Shown: positions 21,628-36,200, numbered from the stretch's first letter. The stretch: 64,000 bases of DNA from Saprolegnia diclina VS20 (GCF_000281045.1 NW_008246107.1:127758-191757), one strand, 5' to 3'. Numbers and translations: made by a program. The notes: a model not told the origin generated them from the sequence alone.

Positions 21628-22704
21628 CTACCCCCGGCGCGATACCTTCTCGGAGGTCGGTGGCGGTGGTCCGTTCTTGAGGGCAATCGCCCAGGAAAGC
21701 ACAGGCGCGATCGAGGTTTCATCGTCGCCAACGCGATACGCCATGTGGCCCGCAAAGAGAAACGCCTTGTGCACAACACCATTGTCATCGATAATCGCGT
21801 CCACCGTGAGGTAGCCCGGTGGAATGTCCTCCGTGTCGACATAAGGATAGTCGTACAACTCGTCGTCGCTATATCGCGCCGGCTTCTTGTCGGCTTGCCA
21901 CTGCCCGTCGCGGTCAAAGACGCAAAACGCGCTGATCCACCCCGTGATGTACGTCGGCCCCGACCCGCCTGGGATTTTGGTGCAAATGCGATTCCAAAAG
22001 TCCGTGTCCGGCGTGCCTTGCGCCGCCACGATGCACTGATCAACGATGCGACGAAGCATGCTCGCCCAGCGCGCCAAACGCGGACCAAAGGTCCCGAGCT
22101 TCTCGAGACGGCGCCGCACGTCCTCCCAGTCACGAACTGTACCGAGCAGCGTCACATTAGGAATGCCACACCGGAGCACGTACTTGTAGGAGAAGAACGA
22201 CTTCATCGTGGCCATGAGCACGACGCTACCGACGATCACGTCATGCGTTGTCGTTGTTGAGAAGGACGGGAGGATCCAGTCTTTGAGATTCGGGTCGACG
22301 AGGTGCGCTTCCATGTGAGTGACCATGCGAGTCGAGAGCGCACCAAAGTTGACCGAGTACAGCGTGCCGATAGCCTCGACCACGAGCTCCTTGGAGCCGT
22401 CGTGCGTCACAAGCGCATGTCGAAGGTCGTTGGCGTTCCCATTGACAAACAAACCAAATTGCGTCATGATGGCGAGCCAAAGATCGTCCGGTCGAAGGAC
22501 GAGGTCGTGGTGCTCACAGTACGCTTCAAGGACGCCATGGACAAAGCCGTGTGTCGACGCGACGACGGGCTCGAGCAACGTGGCTTGCACAATGTCGCCG
22601 CAGCGTTCGTTGCAAAACTCCGCAAGTGTCGTCGCCGGCTGCTGTGTGTGAGGCACCACCTTGCAGCGGCTGCGCTCGGTGGTGGCAACAGCAAACGTGA
22701 CCAT
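21628..22704 (-). CDS. DUF4419 family protein
   Basis: GFVHGVLEAYCEHHDLVLRPDDLWLAIMTQF...FSTTT...CGIPNVTLLGTVRDW...GGSGPTYITGWI motifs; Inr/FPR-like element at 22705-22722. Confidence 0.88.
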   Translation of the reverse strand: MVTFAVATTERSRCKVVPHTQQPATTLAEFCNERCGDIVQATLLEPVVASTHGFVHGVLEAYCEHHDLVLRPDDLWLAIMTQFGLFVNGNANDLRHALVTHDGSKELVVEAIGTLYSVNFGALSTRMVTHMEAHLVDPNLKDWILPSFSTTTTHDVIVGSVVLMATMKSFFSYKYVLRCGIPNVTLLGTVRDWEDVRRRLEKLGTFGPRLARWASMLRRIVDQCIVAAQGTPDTDFWNRICTKIPGGSGPTYITGWISAFCVFDRDGQWQADKKPARYSDDELYDYPYVDTEDIPPGYLTVDAIIDDNGVVHKAFLFAGHMAYRVGDDETSIAPVLSWAIALKNGPPPPTSEKVSRRG

Positions 22705-23406
22705 GCAAATATCGCACTGAGCAAAACGTTCCAATGGCAAAGAACGTCACTCCGAGACCAGCACTCCCCATTGGCCTGGTGCGTACTCGTACAGTTGTAC
22801 GTGTACGACATTGCACGGGCTCGGGAAACTCCACGCAAAGCATTTCTGGGGAATGTACGAAGTTTGTGTACGGTGCGTGCGTGCAATGCTTCGCATTGGG
22901 GGAAAGTGAGGAATCATCAATCGGTCTTTGAGAAAGATTCGATTTTCGATGCCAATCGTCGATATATTGGATCTTTGAATGTAAAAGATATGGCCACTTG
23001 GGCGACAGCACGGCGCGCTCCAAGCGTTGAATAACCAGAAACGCCACCTTGCCATCCCAACAGTTTATGCGCAGAAGGCAGGTACCGCTCATGCACTTGA
23101 GCTATCAAGACCGTGTCTTACATAGACCAATGGTCCCTTTGACCCGACTCGGTGGAGCTACGCGACAGAGATACCGTCATGAACGAGTGCTCACTTAACG
23201 TTCGACGCGGCTTCATGACGTGGCAGTGCGAGAAGCATTTCTGAGACCTTCTATGTTGAATTGACCAATCATATCGCATGTCCAAAGACCAAAGCGATGT
23301 TGAGCCAATCAGCACGCAGAACAGAATTTAGAGCCTTGCGGGGTAAACTTCGACGTTTTGGCAAAGTGTGCACAAACAGCAGCAGTGTTCATTAGAGCGT
23401 GTTGCG

Positions 23407-23868
23407 ATGAAGCTATTCAGTCTACTGACGATCGCGACGGTGGTTGCGCAAACGACGGAACCGACGGCGACGACACAGGCACCGAATTCAACGACGGTTG
23501 CACCACGGACACCGGCCCCGCCCGGCACGACGACCGCTGCGCCATTGACCCCGGCCCCACCGACGAAAACCACCGCTGCACCACTGACACCGGCGCTGCC
23601 CGTGACGACGACGCCAACCCCAACGACAGTGACGCCGGCACCTACCAATGCGACGACACCAAAGCCAACATATGCGACCATCACGGTGACGCCGGTTGTG
23701 ACCATCACAGTCACACCGCAGCCATCGGACGCACCGCTACCGTCACCTTCCAAGCAACTGACGGCGGCCCCGAAGGCGACGACGGCGACACCCTCGGCGG
23801 CGGCAGCAATCTCGGTTTTGACAGTCGCATCCGTCGTCTCGGTGGCCGTGGTGGCGACCATTGCTTAA
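23407..23868 (+). CDS. Secreted Thr/Pro-rich mucin-like protein, probably GPI-anchored (153 aa), paralog of 20548-21012
   Basis: MKLFSLLTIATVVA-QTT signal; TTAAPLTPA repeats; C-terminus PSAAAAISVLTVASVVSVAVVATIA aligns with that of the first mucin. Confidence 0.85.
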   Translation: MKLFSLLTIATVVAQTTEPTATTQAPNSTTVAPRTPAPPGTTTAAPLTPAPPTKTTAAPLTPALPVTTTPTPTTVTPAPTNATTPKPTYATITVTPVVTITVTPQPSDAPLPSPSKQLTAAPKATTATPSAAAAISVLTVASVVSVAVVATIA

Positions 23869-24235
23869 GTCTACGACTCGACAGTATGCAAGTAAAAGAC
23901 TCGTGTATAGATATGTCAACGAGGGTTGTGGGTATTCGGAATATCGACCTATCGCATTTCGCAAGGATCTCACTAAACACCGATCTAGCAGTCCCGCATA
24001 GGTAGACCTATTGCAACTGGTCAATCGCTGAGCAACGATAAGACACTATTGCTGAGAGTGCAGCAGCTCGAAACAGTAGTTGCCACAAGTCGCCGCATGG
24101 CTGGCAAATCCTGCCGACATGTTTGCGCGGCGACCTTTCGCAAGTCGTATCTTGGACAGGCGCGATCTTGCCCTTTCCAGACATCCGGATACGCACAACT
24201 TGCAGTCGCCGACAGGTCGCACCGTGGATCGACCG

Positions 24236-27200
24236 ATGGACATCACGCTCCTCGCATCGACCAAGTACGTTGAGGACCGGTACAAAGACCTCAAGCGCAA
24301 GCGTCCGGACGAGAAGGAGCAAGCGCCGGCGTCCGAGACCGCGCTCGTCGGTGGCATTTCGGCGGCGAAGCGCTACGAAGCGCTGCTCTTGTCGCCGTCG
24401 ACGAGCCCGTCGGTGGTCGCGACGCTCGACCAAGGCGCGCTCGTTGCGACGCTCGACGACCTCGAACACATGTGGCCCATGACGTTACTCGAGAAGAAGC
24501 ACACGGTGCTGTACCTGCTTTTGGATCAACTGGCCAAAGCTTCGCCCGCCGACGCCAAGGACGCTCCGCCAGTACGAACCTCTCGCGTGTCCTTTCTGTA
24601 AACGCGAATCTGCTGCTAGAAGCGATCGCCGGCGCCTCTGCCCGAGGACGAGACCGACGCGTGCGAGTCCCTGCCGCTCTCGACCCAAATCGCCGTCAAG
24701 CTCTTCTTCAAATTGCTCCAGTCCGTGCGCAGTCGGAGCGCAGCGAGCGGCAACTTTGCGCCGCTCGGACGCCTCATCGAGCAAGTCCCGGCCATGCTGC
24801 TCGACATGCCACCGCTGGCGCTGGCGCCCGAGCCCGGCACGAAGAGCCCGACCGTCTTTGACGAGATGTTTCGTACGATCGTGGTCGCGCTGCCGCAGCT
24901 CGCCGACGTCGGGCACAGCCTCGCCGCGTTGATTGGCCTTAGCATCAAGCGAGGTCGGCTCGAGCACATCCTGCTGGTGCTCAAGCAGCTCCTGAGCATG
25001 GATCCATCGCTGTCGCTACCACCGAACGTCGGTACCTTCCTGCGGGAACTCGTCACCGCCGTCGCTCAGCCCACCGAGGTACCTCTTGTTTCTTTGAACT
25101 GCGAGAGAACGGGGAGCATGTAGACGACCGCCGAGACGACGTCATCGACCGGGATGCTTATGAGCTTTGGGAAAGGCGACCACGGCAAGCTCGGCCACGG
25201 CAGCTGTGCGCACGCGGGGTGCGCCGACGGACGGTGCACCGAGAATAAGTCGACGCCGGTGGTCGTCGAGGCGACACGGGACGTGACGTTTCGCAAGATT
25301 GACTCGCTCTCGACCCACAGCGTCGCGATCACGTCGAACGGCGAGCTCCTGTCGTGGGGCAATGGCGACAAGTACCGCCTCGGCCATGGTGACGCTGCCA
25401 AGGAGTACGCGCCGCGCCTCGTGGAAGCCTTCCGAGACAAGGTACGTGCTTCTTTTGATCTCGTTGTATATAAACAATGTGTCGACTAGCCGCGCGTCCA
25501 CGATGTCGCTTGCGGTCTCGGACATACTGTCGTGCTGCTCGTGAACGGCGACGTCTACGCCTGGGGCAACGGCGGCAACGGGCGTCTCGGGCTTGGCGAC
25601 ACGTCGGATCAAATGCAGCCGTGCAAGGTCATGCTGCCCGACGAGATTGTCGAGAAAGAGAGTGACGCATGGCTCGTCAGCGCCGTCTTTTGCGGCGCAT
25701 CGCACTCGCTCGCCGTGACCAAGCACGGTCACCTCTTTGCGTGGGGCAAAAACAACCAAGTCGATTTTTCGCTTTTGGACATTGAGATTCACGTTGACGT
25801 TCGTAGGGCCAGTGCGGAGTGGGCCACACCAACGACGAACTGCGCCCTGCGCATGTCTCGTACTTTGACGAAGCCGACATGCGGGTCTCGACTGTCGCCG
25901 GAGGTACCATTAATCACCAAACAGCGTCGATCATGGCAAGATAGGCTGGGAACACACGCTCATGTGTACGACCGACGGCAAGGCGTTCGCATGCGGTTCG
26001 AACCCCGTCTTGTCGCCTCATTATCGGTACACTGTACATAGGTTGCGGCTACAAGGACAGTCGGCGCGCGGGGCTGCCGCCCGTCTTGGGGCTGGGCATC
26101 AACGACACGGACCGCCGCACCAAACCCACTCCAATTTCGACGTTAGACCAGTGCGTCGCCGTGGCTTGTGGCTGGGTACACGTCAGCGCGCGGCTGTGTC
26201 ATGTATACGATGCAACGACTAGGACCACTCGCTCGCCATCACCAAAGACGGCGGAGTCTACTCGTGGGGCTCTGGCACGAACGGCAAGCTTGGCCACGGC
26301 GACGAAGAGAACCGCGACGTCCCGACGCAAGTGCTCGGACTCAGCGGCAAGGTGGTTCGCGACGTTCGCGCGGGCTGCGAGCATACGACTGCGATCACTG
26401 CGTCCGGTATATTAGGGTTTGGTGTCCCGGAGGGTTACCACGACGATGGGGGTAGGGGAAATGTATACGTGGGGACACAGCGACAGCGGGCGGCTTGGCC
26501 ACGGCGACAACGTCACGCGCAAGACACCGTGCTACGTCGAAGCGTTTGCGTGGCAAGGGCTCCGGCCGGTCGCGATCGCGGTCGGCGACAAGTACAACCT
26601 CGTGCTTGTGCAGCCGATCGGCGATGACGCCGGGTCGTCCAACCAAGTGGTAGAGACGACGCCGACGCCATTGGCCGACAACGACACTGATACGACGATG
26701 GCGACGACGGCGTGGACCGTCGGCGCCGCGCACACGACGATGCTCGAACAGCTGCACCGTCTCGCGTATGCCTACGTACCGCGGGAGGACGCGGCGCTCG
26801 TCGAGAAGTTACGGCAGGTGCACACGCACCCGGCATCGTCGCCGCCGTCGTTGGCCTACGCCGTCGACGTTTCGGCCAGCACGTTCGAGCTGCTCCTCGA
26901 TGTGTTGGCCTTCGATGGCCAGAAGACCAAGACGGCGTCGACGCTCGGGTGTCTGCATTTGATCCAGGCCAATCTGCTGCGGTTTTTGAGCTGCCCGCAC
27001 GTCACACTACCGGCGTCACTGTTGACCAAGCTGCACACTGCCCTCCAGACGCTGGCGACGACGATGGACGGAGAGATCGCCCTGGCCGCCGCGACAGCGC
27101 TCAAGGTACTTGGAGCAGGAAGTGGTTGGTGCGATACATTTTGCGTAGATTGGGTTTCCGTGCTTTTACGCATCGCCCGCTGCTCAGCACGCGCTGTTCT

Positions 27201-30200
27201 GGGACCTCCTACTGGTACCCGAAGCGTCGCAGTCGGTGCTGCTAGACGCTCTCGTCGACCCGCTGTGCCAGGTATGCGGTCGAGTCTTGTACGGTCGCCC
27301 ACTCGGAAATGCGTAGGATCACGTGGTGCTGGGGCTCATGGGTCGCCTCTTTGGACAGCTGGGCTGCCATACGTGCGCGATCGACACTGTCGGCCCCGAC
27401 GCTTCAGCGCCGACGGTGGGCGACCTACGAGCGCTTTTGCTGCGTCTCGTCACGAGCTGCGTCGAGACGAGTCCAGAGGTAGGACGCTGTTCGCTGCAGT
27501 CTATTGTCTCACGCTGGACGGACGGTAGAAGGCGATGTCGGCACTGCAGCTGCGGGTGCTCTCGGTGCTCCAGACGCATGTGTTTGCTTGCTGGCACGCG
27601 CCAAGCGTCTACTGCATCGACTGCGTCGGAGCAGTTCTGGGCCCGTACCTCGAGAGCCTCTTTGGTCAATGCCTCGTGCTACTCAAGGCCGTGCACAGGC
27701 GACTACTGAAGGACAGCGACCTCTCGACGCTGCAGCCCTCGTTCTTCCACGCCCTCGCGCCGCTCGCGATCGAGTGCTGCTGCGTCTCCCGGCTCCGGTC
27801 CAGCGAGTCGTTTGGCCTCCGCCTCCTCCCGACGCTACTGCCGATGCTCAAGCTCCTGGATGAAATCACGTACAAAGCCACCCAAGACACGCGGTCGAGC
27901 AACCAATCCCCGAGCATGGACCTCACGTGGATCAGCGAGGTGCGTCGAGTCCTTGTTCTTGCTTCATGACCGAGCAACGGTAGCTCGAGAACGCACTGGC
28001 GCTGCTCGTCGGTCGCTACACGAGCGCGCTCATCGGGTCGTCGCGCCCAGTTGCTTCGCCATCGACAACGATTCCGACACCGTAGTTGTATCGTCAAGTG
28101 GAGAGGCGCTGACCAACCTATAGACTGCGCTTGTTGTGTCGCTACGGACAAATTGTCGACGGGACGCCAGCACCACCGAGTGCCCTTCGGCGATGGGAAG
28201 AGAGTGGGGTCTTTGAGGTCGAGAATGAGCTCCAAGGCGACATGACGCCGCCGCCCGACGTGACGCTCGAACATATTGCAATCTGCGACTGGTGGGCCGG
28301 CCACGGCGTTCTCCAGCACTTGGACAAGTGGATGCGCTATCATATGCAGCTCTCGTGGCTTATGCCGCTCGCCTCGGTGGAGAGTACCCGGGGCATCGGA
28401 CCTCTTTTGCTCTGGCACGCGGGTCTTGCGGCCACGGCACTTGCGTTCGCCTCAAGTCTCGATGTCCAGGCGCCGTTGGAACCCGGGGCACCGCCCACGC
28501 CCCCCGAGCCGTTGCTGCAGCTGTGGACGCTTCTGACGTCACTACCGGTGCACGTACTGTCCGAGGATGTCTTTTTAGAGCAAGCACGCCGGCTTTTGAC
28601 TTACTACCCGAGTCAGTGCAGCTGGACACTGGCCACGACCGACACCACGTAGGCCCTTCTTGTGCTTGCAGTGACTTGGAGGAAGACATAGGCCTCCGTC
28701 GCACTGCTCGTTTCCTAACTGCACGCTGTTTGGGTATCGGGCATATACGCTCTCGGTGCCGCATCTTGTTGCGCTTTTGCAGTCGCCACTGAGCTGGTCG
28801 AGTGAGCGCGACGACGACCGCATATCGTTCAAGATTGCCGGGCTCAGCATTCTCCACGATCTGCTTCGAAAGCTCACGAGCAGCGCTGCGAAATGCGAGC
28901 TTCTCCGCGTCTTGTACGAGCGCCTCGAAGTCGACGTCGATGCTGGCTGCTTGTCCGTGGCGTACAATGCATGGCAAGAGCCGCGGGTCGTCTTTGCATC
29001 ACCGCTCTCGTCGTCGCCGCGCAAAAGCAAGCGACGTCGTGACAGTGACGCGTCACCGCTGCAGGTACCTCGTTGTTGCATCGTATCAAGGTACCATCGA
29101 TGAGGGTGCAGCTACTGGAGCGGGATTTGCACGCATTTCACGGTCATGCAGAGCACGGCAAGCTCGCCAAGGCCATCGAGAACCTCTACGTGCGCTCGGC
29201 CAAGATCCTCGCGAGTGCTGAGAGTGATCCGTTGCTCAAGAAGCGGGCTCTGACGCTCTGGACCGTCCACGTATGTCCTATTGCGATCGTCCACAAGATA
29301 GAAGACAATATTGTGTTCATAGTTTCACGACGTCGGTCTGATTCGCCGGGCGGGCATTCTGCACATCCTCGGCGACCTCTTGGCGACCGATGCACCGCCA
29401 TTTGCCATGAACGCGGCGGCCGACGTCATTTACGGTAGCTCCCACGCCGCGCCCGCGCACAGTTGTCTGCCGCCCCGTCTCCGCCCCGTTGAGAAGCTCG
29501 TCGCCGGCGCGACGACGGCACGGAGCCTCCATAATGCAGCGTGGCACGTCTTTGGCTGGCTCGGGCGGCAGTTGATGCTGTCGACCGAAGCGTCCACAGA
29601 GGCGCTCTCACGTCCGTCGTCGGCCAAACCGTCGCTGCACTGCACGTCGCCTCGGAAGCGGCTGTCGCTACCGCCAAAGCTTATCTCAGCCTCGCTCGAC
29701 GAGTCGCTGGCCCACACGTACATGGTCGTCATCGACGAGCTGCGTCGCGTCACCGCCCAGCTTGCGAGTTGGAATGCACTGGCGCACAGTATGGTGCAGT
29801 GCTTGGACGACAGCCAAGCCATTCTTCTTGCGGACCCGAACGTGGTCTCGGGCACCAACGCCGTCTTCTTATCGGCGAAGGAGCGCGCGTCGTTTGATTG
29901 GAGCACGGACGGCTTTGCGATATCGCTCTTTCTCTACATTGAGCGCGACGAGAAGGAGGCAAGTGCGACGTCGGGTGCGTCGATGCTGCTGCTGGCCAAT
30001 GGCGATGTTACTTCGCATCAGCTTGCGCTTACCTTGTGTCTGGACGGTCGCGTGGGGCTGCAGCTGCGCATCGAAAAGACGTCTGTGGAGGTCGCGGTGT
30101 TGTCGGCGCGACCACTCGTGTGGGGACACTGGACCCACCTTGTGGGCCGGTTCAACCCGACCTCGCGCTGCCTGGAGGTGTTTCTGAACGGGATTCTCGA

Positions 30201-33200
30201 TGCTCAAAGCGACTGCATCGAGACGACGGCCGACAAGTCAGTCCTGTCGCACCATACGTTTACGGTGGGCGGGTTCGTGCCGTCGTCGGGCATTCCGCCA
30301 CCGCACCCGCCCCACTTGCTCCTTGACGACGTCGCGTTTCATCTGCACGCACTCTCGGAGGAGACCATTGGCGTCATGGCGTTGGCGGGCTCGCTGCTCT
30401 TTCGAATTCAGCAGCGCCAAGTGCTCGACACGTACTGCGACCATTTGCTGTCGCTGCTCGTGGCGCCGTCGCGCGCACTCCCGCCCGTCGACGACGTTGT
30501 GAGCCTTGTTGTGGCACTCTTTCCGGTGGCGCCACCGCGCAGCCACGACAAGCTGTTTTCATTGCTGACGAACCTGCTGCCCGCGCTCCCACCTGCCAGT
30601 GTACTGCTACGCGAGTCGGCGCTCTCGTTCATGCTGCAGTGCTACAGCTCGGCATGGTTTGGGTCGACGTACGACACGTACGGACCCCCGGGCCTCTCGG
30701 CCGCGCTCTCCACCCGCAAAGACTCGGTGTTGCTGCACTTGCTCAACGCCCGGCAGCTCGACCCCAACGGCGTTGCAACCTGGCTCCTCTTTGAACAACC
30801 GGTGAAGGCCAAGTCGTTGCCGCTGCTCCGAGCGTCGCGGGCGCGACTGGCGACCGGCGTCGTGGCGTTGCTTGCGCACCTGCTGCAGTCGCCCTTGTGG
30901 CAACCGACGCTTCTGGCGTTCTTGGAGGCGTGGATCAAGAGTGCAGAGTCGTGGACCGGCCAGCGCGGAAGTCTTGCCGACACGGCGACGATGGCCAAGG
31001 TCGTCCTCGCCGTGAACGTTGTGGCCGCAACACCCGGTGGCTACCCACTGCCCGAGCCTCTGCCAACGCTCGTCGCGTGGAGCTTGACGTCGCCTATAAG
31101 CATGGCCGGCCACGAAGCACCGACCACGGCGACCCCGGCATCGTCGACGGCCGAGATGCGCGAAGACATTCAGTTGGCACAGCACGTGCATTTGCGGTCG
31201 TCGCTGCTGCGGCTGTGCCGCCTCCAGGCCCAACACACGGCCGCCGTCGGTACGCTCGCCAATTCTATCCTTTTGTGGACAATAATGTCCTGTAGACGCG
31301 CTCTTGAAACCGGGTCTTATCGGATTTCTTCAGCTGGCGATTCAGCCATTGGCCGAAGCCGTCGCGACGGTGTTTGGGTCCGACTTTGATATCATTAGCA
31401 AGCTCGATACGGTGCAAGCGCTGCTCGAATGGATCCTCGACGACGCGGAGACGCCACACGACGGCGGCAGTAAGCGCCGAGCGGCGCTGGAAATGCTCTC
31501 GACAGTACTCTTCGAACGGCTTCCGTACGTCAACCCGCGCGAAGTGGCGCCGTGGTGGCTCGTCAACGCAACGCAAAAGCTTCAAGTGCTCGGCGGCGAC
31601 GTCGAAATGGAAGAATACCGCGTCAAGGTACGGTTCTCTCGTCCCCCACACGCCTCCACGTCAAATGGGGGTAGGGTCTGCAGCATTTTCCCACCATCAA
31701 GCTCACCGGTACTTCGCTATATGAAGCGCAATTCCCATACATCGAACGGTCTAGGCGTCTCGATCACGGCGGGGACAGGCATGTGGTTTTATGAAGTCGT
31801 ATTGCTCACGGACGGCCTGATGCAGGTAGCGACGTGCCCCGTTGAACCTCTGCAACGACGCATAGATTGGGTGGGTGGACACGGCGTTTGAAGCCAACGC
31901 GATCCAAGGCCAAGGCGTCGGCGACCACACCAACAGCTGGGCGTACGATGGTACGTTTTGGTAGCCAACTTGACAGTTTGATACAGTGTGGCTAGGGTTT
32001 CGGCGGAAAAAATGGAACGTTGGCGCGCTCGAGTATGGCGACCGGTGGCACGTCGGCGACGTTGTCGGCGTGCTCCTCGATACGGACCGGTTCGAAATGA
32101 CCTATTTTCTCAACGGCCGCAGCCTCGGCGTTGCGTTCGAGGGGCTGCATCTGACGCACGCGCTCTTCCCGGCCATGTCGCTCAACGTCGACCAAGCGGT
32201 GCAGCTGCACTTTGCCAAGAACCAGTTTTTGTACTGCCCGACGCTCGACAATGCCAAATTGCAGCCGGTGGCGAGTGCGATCGTGGGCGGCGTCTGCGAG
32301 CACAGCCCGAGCAAAGGCCGACTGAGTGTCGAGACCGACCACGAAGCCGCGATCGATCGACGACGCACCGACCTCATCGACGGTCTCATTGGCCTCGGGT
32401 TTTCACCGGAATGGTGCATTTTCACGGAGCCATTGGACGGAAATGGTAGACAAATGCGTAGGGCGCTCCGGTGCGCGCGCGAGACGTCCCTTGACATCAA
32501 CGAGAGCGCTGCGATCGCGTGGATCATGGAGCAGATGGAGGCCGATGCGCTGGCGGCGCGGCCGTCGCATGCAAGCCACTACCGCATGCACCACCTCCAA
32601 CAACTCGACGGACTCGGGGGGCACGTCGACAAGCCGGCGCTGCCGACGGTGGACCGTCCGCAGTGGGCCGTGGTTGCCGACGCCGACGTGGCGGCTCCGT
32701 CGACCGAGCCCCGCAATGCTCTCCTTCTCGACGAGACGTGCGAGGTGCTATAGGCGACCAAATCTTGTCTCAAGTGGCCGTAGGAGGTGTATGCGGACGA
32801 GGGACTCGTCGTCCATGACCCCAAGCTCCCGAGTACGAGCGAGAAGCGGTCCGTCGGCTTCATCTTGAGCCTCGCCGACCACTGTCGCGACGACGAAATC
32901 TTGCCGTTGTACGTCATTGCCGAGACCGTTCTCTGCGTCTGGTCGGCGCAGGAGGCGACCCACGAGCTTTTTCGCAGCGGCAGTCTCGCGCGCGACGAGA
33001 CATTGGCCCAGCACGCGCCGCTCTTTCTACAGTACCTTCAGCGACGCCTCCTCGACGAGGCAACGGCCACCGACAACGGTGGTCCGTACGAAGCGCTGTT
33101 GCAGCAACTCTGCGGCACGTCGCCGGCCTTCTTTGAGCTCCTCGTCCGCGACCTGCTCGGCCACGTCCACCGAGCGACGGCCAAAGACATGGTGTCCACA

Positions 33201-36200
33201 CCGTTCGCACCGGGTACCAGAGATGCTATCGGGCGGAACGTCATGACGTCATATAGGTCATGCGAGCAACAGCGCTGGCCCCAACTTGGCGTGGGCGCGC
33301 TGGTTGGCGGCGGTTCTGCGCCGTCTCGCAACGATAGACCCGACCCGGACCGATGTGCTGTACGCACCGGCGATTTGGCAAGAGCTCTGGGTGGCACTGA
33401 GTGCGACGGCCAACGCGACGGTGCGCCATGCCGTCGTGTCGATCCTAGTGACGCTTCTGAACGAGCTGCCGTCGACGACGATGGAGGCGTTGCAGCTGCA
33501 CGTGCGCGTCAAGCATTTGATCGAGTGGCTCGGCGAAAAGCTCCGCAAGACAAAACAAGCCCGCGTCCTCGCATCCGCCTACACTCAGGTAACGTCGTCG
33601 CCGTCGTCGTACGTGTCGGTGTGACGCATCGCTTCGTATAGGCAATCTTTGAGCTCACTAGTTGTCTCTACCGATATGTGAACCCTCGTACGTCGTTCCT
33701 TGTGGCCGCCCCGCCCGTCGTCTTGCCAGGTAGAGTGCGGATGGCTCTATATACGATGATTTCACTTGGTGTAGTGCTGCTTGTCGAGCACGTGACGTCG
33801 TCGACGGTCGTCTTGTCATGCCCCGTTGACGGCGCGACGGCGCTTGAGCTCGCGATGGAGACGGTGCACAGCAACGGCCACGTCGGTGTCTCGGACTTTA
33901 TCGAGCTCGTGGACCCAGTGGACTTGCACCGTCATGTGCGTCACTCGCTTCTAACTTGCGCGTGATCTAACGAGGCCTAGATGCCGTACACGCTGTCGCA
34001 CCTGCAGCCCGAGACCGTCTACCACGTCCGCTGCATCTTTGGCGAGACGCGGTCGCCGGCGACGGTGCTGGAAACGCTACCGGAATCGGTGCTGGAGCTG
34101 GATCCGGCGGCGATTGGCAGCAACCTCGAGCTCTTGCACCACAACATGACGGCGCGCAACCGCATCAACAAGAAGTGGCACGCGGTCCGCGCGTCGGTCG
34201 GCTTTACATCCGGTGTGCACGCGTGGGACGTCCGTATCGACAAGTGCGTCTCCAAAAACATCTTTGTCGGCGTCTGCACCGCCGATGCGTGCCTTGACAA
34301 CTATGTTGGCAGCGACGCCTAGTACGTCTCTCTAGTCTTTTTTCTATAATCCTTGTCGACGCTAGTGGGTGGGGTTTTCTCGCCAACAAGGCCGTGTGGC
34401 ACAACAAAACCAAGCTGCAAACGTACGGCGACATCTTCAAGCAAGGTGACGTCGTCTCGGTCGTCCTCGACCTCGACGCCGGGACGCTTGCCTTTGCGCG
34501 CAACGGCGACTCGTTTGGTGTTGCCGTCGAGAACCTCCACGGCACGCATCATTCGGTCGTCGCACCGGCCTACTTTCCGGCGATCTCCATGTACAACAAA
34601 GATGACCAGGTGACGCTCTTGCCGTCGACGTCGGACGCACCGGTGCGATCGGCGGTCGCTGGCGCGTCGACGGTGCTTGTTGCCCTCACCGCGCATCACA
34701 AGCTGCTCGAAATGACCGAGTCCCTCTCATTGGCCTCGACCGCCGGGGCGTACGACCATTGGTGCAAGTGGATCCACCGAGCCGAGGCCGTCGTGACGCT
34801 TGACGACGGCGCGTGGCTGCTCTTGACGACGACCCACGACGCATGTCTGCCATTTGGCCTCTTTGCCGGTGACGTCATCTTCACGTCCAAAGGTACAGCT
34901 ATTGTGGACAGGTTGTCCTCTAATCTATCGACCGCAGGCATGTGCACGGTCCTCGGCGTCGCCAAGCACGAACTCTACTACTCGATCGAGGCCCACGCGC
35001 CGACAGGGTCGCCCGATGCGATTGGCCGCTGGAAAGTGCATCTATGCAGGGACATGGTCGGGCGGCCGAGCGAGTTTCCCGTGACGCGCCGCCATGACGC
35101 GCCGCATCCGGTGGCGCCGACCAGTCTCAGCCACGAAGCCTTCCTCGACGCGCAACGCCCGTGGACACCGGCGCTGGACGAAGCGCTTCTCCAGCATGTG
35201 TATACCACTGTGCACTTTCAGCGGTACGTAGAGCGTCTTGACGGTCGAGTTGATGTGGTTACTAGGTACACTAGCGTCTTTGACGTCCGAATGACCGACT
35301 TGGAGCCGGTGCCGCTGGCACTGACACCGATCGAAAGCGCAGCCCGCGTCGCCTGGCTCCGCTACCTCAACCTCCAAGCCCAAGTGGTCGTGCCGTGCGT
35401 CTCGCTCGCCGACGCATCGATGCAATGCCTTCGCCGACGCCTCTTTCGCTTTCTCCCACTGCGCTTCGCCCGCGATCTACTCAAGAAGACGGCGACCGCC
35501 ACGACGTTGCCGGCGACGGCCGCCGACGAGCTCGACGACGACCCGCCCGACCTCATCAAGTGCAACGTTCGCGCATCATCTCGGTGCGTATCATACCTTC
35601 TCATACAGTGGCCAAACCTGCGCTAGGCCGAGTTTTCCGTTCTGGGAGACGAGTGGCGTCGACGCCGACGACACGATCGACGACGACGAGGTCGACACCA
35701 ATGTCTTTAGCCAGGTACGGCACCGCGACTTCCACCGCGGTTCATGACCGGGTGGCGGGTAGCTTGCGGCGTTCTTGACGTCGGCGGCGACAAGGGAACT
35801 GCGCCGGCAGTACGCGCCACCACCGCCACCGTACGCCGATGTGACGGCACCGACCGCAACGCGCACCTTCCGCGTGCACTGGGAGGCACCGGATGCGACG
35901 CTGCCGCTCGAGCCCGCGGTGGCCTACGCCCATGTACTCAAGGAAGCGGCGCGCGCCGTGCAGTCGCCAACGTACCCTCTCTTGGCGCCGACGCGACAGT
36001 CGTCGACGCTCTGGTTGAACATCTCCTTCTTGCGACCGCGATCGAACAGTCGTGCCGATTGTTTTGCGCTCGGGCAGCTCGTTGGCATTGCGTGGCGCAG
36101 TGACGTGCACCTCCCGTGGTACTTTGGCCCGCTGCTATGGAAGTTGCTCGTATGCAGACAGTTGCGCTCTTGTACTATCGCATGTGGTGTAGGCGCGCGA

